A stretch of DNA of 13,022 nt from Zygophlyctis sp. KS116. Taxonomy: Eukaryota; Fungi; Chytridiomycota. The position numbers and the translations under genes were made by a program. Within the stretch, counting starts at the first letter, position 1. Every line of letters begins with the position of its first letter. The notes beneath the pieces were generated by a model. The model had not been told where the DNA came from. It did not search any database and saw only the letters and a program-made list of their open reading frames with translations. Shown here one piece after another: positions 9,826-13,022 of the stretch. The DNA is taken from positions 1 through 13,022 of the forward strand of contig BAAFSQ010000282.1 of the NCBI GenBank assembly GCA_054661495.1, given 5' to 3'.

Positions 9826-10421
9826 TTTTTCTTCTTTTTTTTAAGAGCTTCCTCTTCTCGAATCAATTCATTTTGAATTTCTAATCGATCTTGTTCAGAA
9901 ATAATGTTTAATTCTTCCTTTTGTAAAACTTGTTCTTTGGAAGCGACAGTTTTTTGAGATTTCAACTCTTCTTGCTCTTGTTTTTGTTTTTGAATATTAA
10001 AGAGATTAGACGCTTCATTAAAAATAGAATTTCCCCAACCTTTTTTATAGATTTCAGCCTCTTGCATGACTAGATTAACTTCTACTTCTAATTCAGCTTC
10101 AGCCTTTAGTAAATTATCAAAAACCGAATGAGAAATGGCTCCAGATTGAACTAAATTCTGTAAAGGAGCTTTTTCAGCTCGAACTTGAATTATTCTTCCA
10201 ACATCAGTGATTGCTCTTTTTAATAGAGCTGTTGCTAGTAATTTATGATCAATTGGATCTGAAGGATTATGAATTTCAGAGAGTTCTAGATATCGTTGTT
10301 TAGTTAAATGAGGAGGAAAATAGTTTTTAGAATTTCCTTTTCTAACAGAATAATTTTTATAAACAAATATAGCAATTAGAATTCCAATAATGTAAATTAG
10401 AAAATGGCTCCAGTAAAACAT
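9822..10421 (-). CDS. SEC66: ER post-translational translocation subunit Sec66/Sec71, 199 aa, intronless
   Basis: N-terminal TM helix, then YFPPH..KQRYLEL, ALLKRAITDV.RI, L.QSGAI, AEAELEVE..LV.QEAE..KKGWG.SIF.EA, which is the fungal Sec66 pattern. Charged coiled-coil tail. Confidence 0.9.
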   Translation of the reverse strand: MFYWSHFLIYIIGILIAIFVYKNYSVRKGNSKNYFPPHLTKQRYLELSEIHNPSDPIDHKLLATALLKRAITDVGRIIQVRAEKAPLQNLVQSGAISHSVFDNLLKAEAELEVEVNLVMQEAEIYKKGWGNSIFNEASNLFNIQKQKQEQEELKSQKTVASKEQVLQKEELNIISEQDRLEIQNELIREEEALKKKKKK

Positions 10422-10474
10422 TTTTTTATTTACGCTTTAAAGTTTGGCGTTTTTTTTATTTTTTAGGGATTTTA

Positions 10475-10509
10475 TGGATTTTATTTATGGATTTTATTTA
10501 TGGATTTTA
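10475..10509. repeat. 13-bp tandem repeat TGGATTTTATTTA, about 2.7 copies, upstream of SEC66
   Basis: Copies at 10475-10487 and 10488-10500, partial at 10501-10509. TTTTAGGGATT occurs at both ends (10461-10471 and 10505-10515). Confidence 0.8.
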
Positions 10510-10653
10510 GGGATTATTACAAGAATTACTAACGGTAGGCTGAAAGAGATGAATCTTGATTTATTCTTTCAGTCCTGCATTCACCCCTGCCCTATCTTTT
10601 ATACTTGATCTCTCAAACCTAGTCTAGAAATCTTAAATAGTAAAGTATTTAAA

Positions 10654-12558
10654 CTATTTAAAATGTCCTTCGTGAATACTATTGAAAATGGCAAAAATAT
10701 ACTCTTTAGGAGGAAATAACTGAAATTAATTTCTTTTAAAATTACCTGGAATATAGGTCTGGTTGGAGGTCCTTCTTCATTATTTTGCGTGTATAGTCTC
10801 TTTTTTAAAGTTGTATTATATTCTTCCAAGGCAATCAGGTATTCCTTGTTTTTGGTTCTAAATGCTTTCAATCGTATAGATAGATCTTGAAGAATGGCTT
10901 TATTCTTTAATTCCCTAAAATTTAAGTGATTTAGAAATTACAATGGAATATTTATAAAAATATCTCTCTTGTCTCTTCTTAAAGAAGAACGTTTCATGGA
11001 GGGTTTTCTTTTATCTTCAAGTGTTATTATTGACTTTCTAAGATCATCTTGAGATTTTGTATTTGATTTCCTTCGCATGACTTTCCATTGAATTTCTAGA
11101 CTGTCTGCATACTTTAGAATGACTTTTGATCGTGCATGTTGTATTGCTAAGAAAGATCTGACAAAAGATTGGGCTTTAATAACTGCATATCGATATTTTT
11201 TAACAATCTTCATCAATTTAGATGTATCATGAACTTCTTTAAAGAATGTTCGGATAATATCTGCTGCAGAATGTTTTTGTTGTCGGCGGCGGTTGGCAAG
11301 GAATTTGCTAAAGGCTCTAAAATAAGTGATTAAAAACTTACGGTCTTATAATCACAAACGATTTTTGCATCAAGTCAAATAAAATTCGTTTGCGGTAATT
11401 CCTATAATATCGTTGAATTACTATTGCAGCGTGAGTTCTCTTCATTTGAATTTCTTTTAGTTTTCTAGACTCCTATATTATTAAAAATATCTAGAATTAC
11501 AGTTACTGCTTTTTGCATAATGGCAATTCTACTAGCAATAACTACAATAATGAACCATTTTCTTTGCATTAAATGAAATTTTCCAGATTGTTCTTTTTCT
11601 TTTTGATTCATAGCCTAAAATAAGAGAATGATTTTTACAGCAGTTTCAATTTTTTTTTGAAGTAAACGTTTCTTTTTATAGAGAATCTCTTCATCCATCT
11701 TTTTTTTCCTATCCAAAACACTATTTCTATGAAATTCATTTTCTTCCCTCTTGAATTAGACTTGAAATCATGTACCCATTTTCTTAAAAGTTTTGGTCTT
11801 GATTCAGAAGAGAAAGTAATTGTTATTTCTTGACGTCCGGGTGCTGATTGAATTTTTCTACTCTTATTTTTACTATTGCGATATCCGACTTCAAGATTAG
11901 AGTCAATACAATTACCTATTTTTTCTTTGAGTAGTTTGAACTCTATTGGATCAGATTTTAATAGTTTGATTCGGCGAGAGACTTGTTCAGCGATTTCTCG
12001 GACAGATTTTCTTCCTTTGACTCCTTTACCAACAATAGAATCTTTTTGGATCGGTGGAAGAGAAGAATGTCCAGCAGAAGATTTCAAAATCCTATTTTTA
12101 TCAAGTGCTAATGTTGAATTGCTAAACTTGTCATCGGTGCGCCCGTCCAATATACGCTTTGAGACTTCAATAAGCCTTGTGATCTCTGAAATATCACTAT
12201 TAAAAACATCTTTGAGATTGTTCATTTGCTTTCTAAAAGAATCTCCGGCTAATACCGAAGCATTATTTGATTCAGAATGATCGTAATTTAAGAGATCTGC
12301 AAGTTTACGGTTTAGATGGCTGACCATCAATGACATCTCTGGAAAATAAGATGAATGATCATTAGTATCAGTCCTGATCGCAGGTGCTGTCTTTGTGATT
12401 CTGGAGACAAGAACCAAGTCTTTAGATGTGAATAGATCTGGATCGAAATTTTTAAGATTGGCTGAATCTACAATAGCAGGAGCTGATCGAAGCATTCTTT
12501 CTGGCTCATAAAATAAATCATTACTTATTTCTGCCATGTATTCATTGTGTAGACGCAT
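10654..12558 (-). CDS. Uncharacterised basic IQ-motif (calmodulin-binding) protein, about 573 aa
   Basis: Introns 11915-11889 (in-frame, less certain), 11775-11750, 11638-11615, 11500-11473, 11341-11317, 10941-10915, 10745-10720. Exons sum to 1722 nt and end LFPPKEYIFAIFNSIHEGHFK-TAG. IQ motif HAAIVIQRYYRNYRKR plus degenerate AADIIRTFFK and AVIKAQSFVRSFL. Start codon not independently confirmed. Confidence 0.75.
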
Positions 12559-12897
12559 GCTGTATAATACTCAAGATCGGTAATTTAAACCGGAAATATA
12601 ACCATTGGAGTAATTAACTCAGTTAAGTCATCAGTAGGTAATGATCACATTTTTTTCAAATGATGTTTGCTGATCTGATCAATACAGGCTATTTATAAAT
12701 AATGAGGTGAACATCGCTGAATGTCAAGTCTTGTTGCAATTTAGAGCCTTTCGCATTTGTTATACTATTCGTGTCACGTTTTTAGAGCGCAAATTTCCCG
12801 GCCATAAATTAATCTTTTTTATTCATTAATACTTTGTATACATCCCGTTTGCCTGTTTTAATGAGTATTGTGCGGTTGACCATCGCAGTTGGCAAAG

Positions 12898-13022
12898 ATG
12901 AGACCACTAGCAAAAATCGGTGTTAATGCACCTGTACTAGCAGTCAATGACGATTATTATGTATAAACAAGATGTTTCTAATGATTAGGAAGATTTGACA
13001 CCACAAGCTACAATTTCAATTT
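12898..13022 (+). pseudogene. NDUFV2: N-terminally truncated NADH dehydrogenase 24-kDa subunit (NDUFV2/NuoE)-like fragment, running off the right edge; pseudogene or split gene
   Basis: ATG 12898 gives MRPLAKIGVNAPVLAVNDDYY. After a 28-nt intron (12961-12988) it reads EDLTPQATISI. This matches the conserved CVNAP..(I/V)NDDYYEDLTP of NDUFV2, but the upstream EC.GAC and the N-terminal part are not found. Confidence 0.6.

Noticed and set aside
10461-10515. Telomere-like TTTTAGGG or CRISPR-like repeat
   Set aside because: Only two non-tandem TTTTAGGG copies. The repeats have no unique spacers and the context is eukaryotic with no cas genes.
10535-10615. TPP riboswitch, SECIS or hammerhead reading of the hairpin
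   Set aside because: The required cores (CUGAGA plus GAUAAUACCAGCG; RUGA with long helix and AA loop; CUGAUGA/GAAA) are not present in the correct arrangement.
11876-12280. 134-aa plus-strand ORF
   Set aside because: Antisense shadow of the IQ-protein exon, with a non-ATG start and Ser/Leu-rich composition.

Overview
AT-rich, extremely gene-dense eukaryotic DNA read in the standard code. It is most likely from a flagellated early-diverging fungus (chytrid-like); this is inferred from fungal-type SEC66/RTC3/SEC10 plus the ciliary gene LRRC71. The ORF track looks fragmented because the genes are split by about 34 tiny GT-AG introns of 23-33 nt, which I reconstructed by hand. Gene order: partial signal-anchor protein (-), DDI1 (+), tyrosyl-tRNA synthetase with a metazoan-type EMAP II C-domain (-), RTC3/SBDS-domain protein (+), SEC10 (-, 14 introns), LRRC71-like (+), MED17-like (-), SEC66 (-), IQ-motif protein (-), and an N-terminally truncated NDUFV2-like fragment (+) at the right edge. 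The most notable observations are the micro-intron system, a prokaryote-style ATGA stop/start overlap between SEC66 and MED17, two convergent genes whose stop codons share one TTAA, a Cys-less complex I 24-kDa fragment, and a tRNA-Tyr anticodon-like motif upstream of the TyrRS gene. All homology calls are from motif recognition, not database searches.
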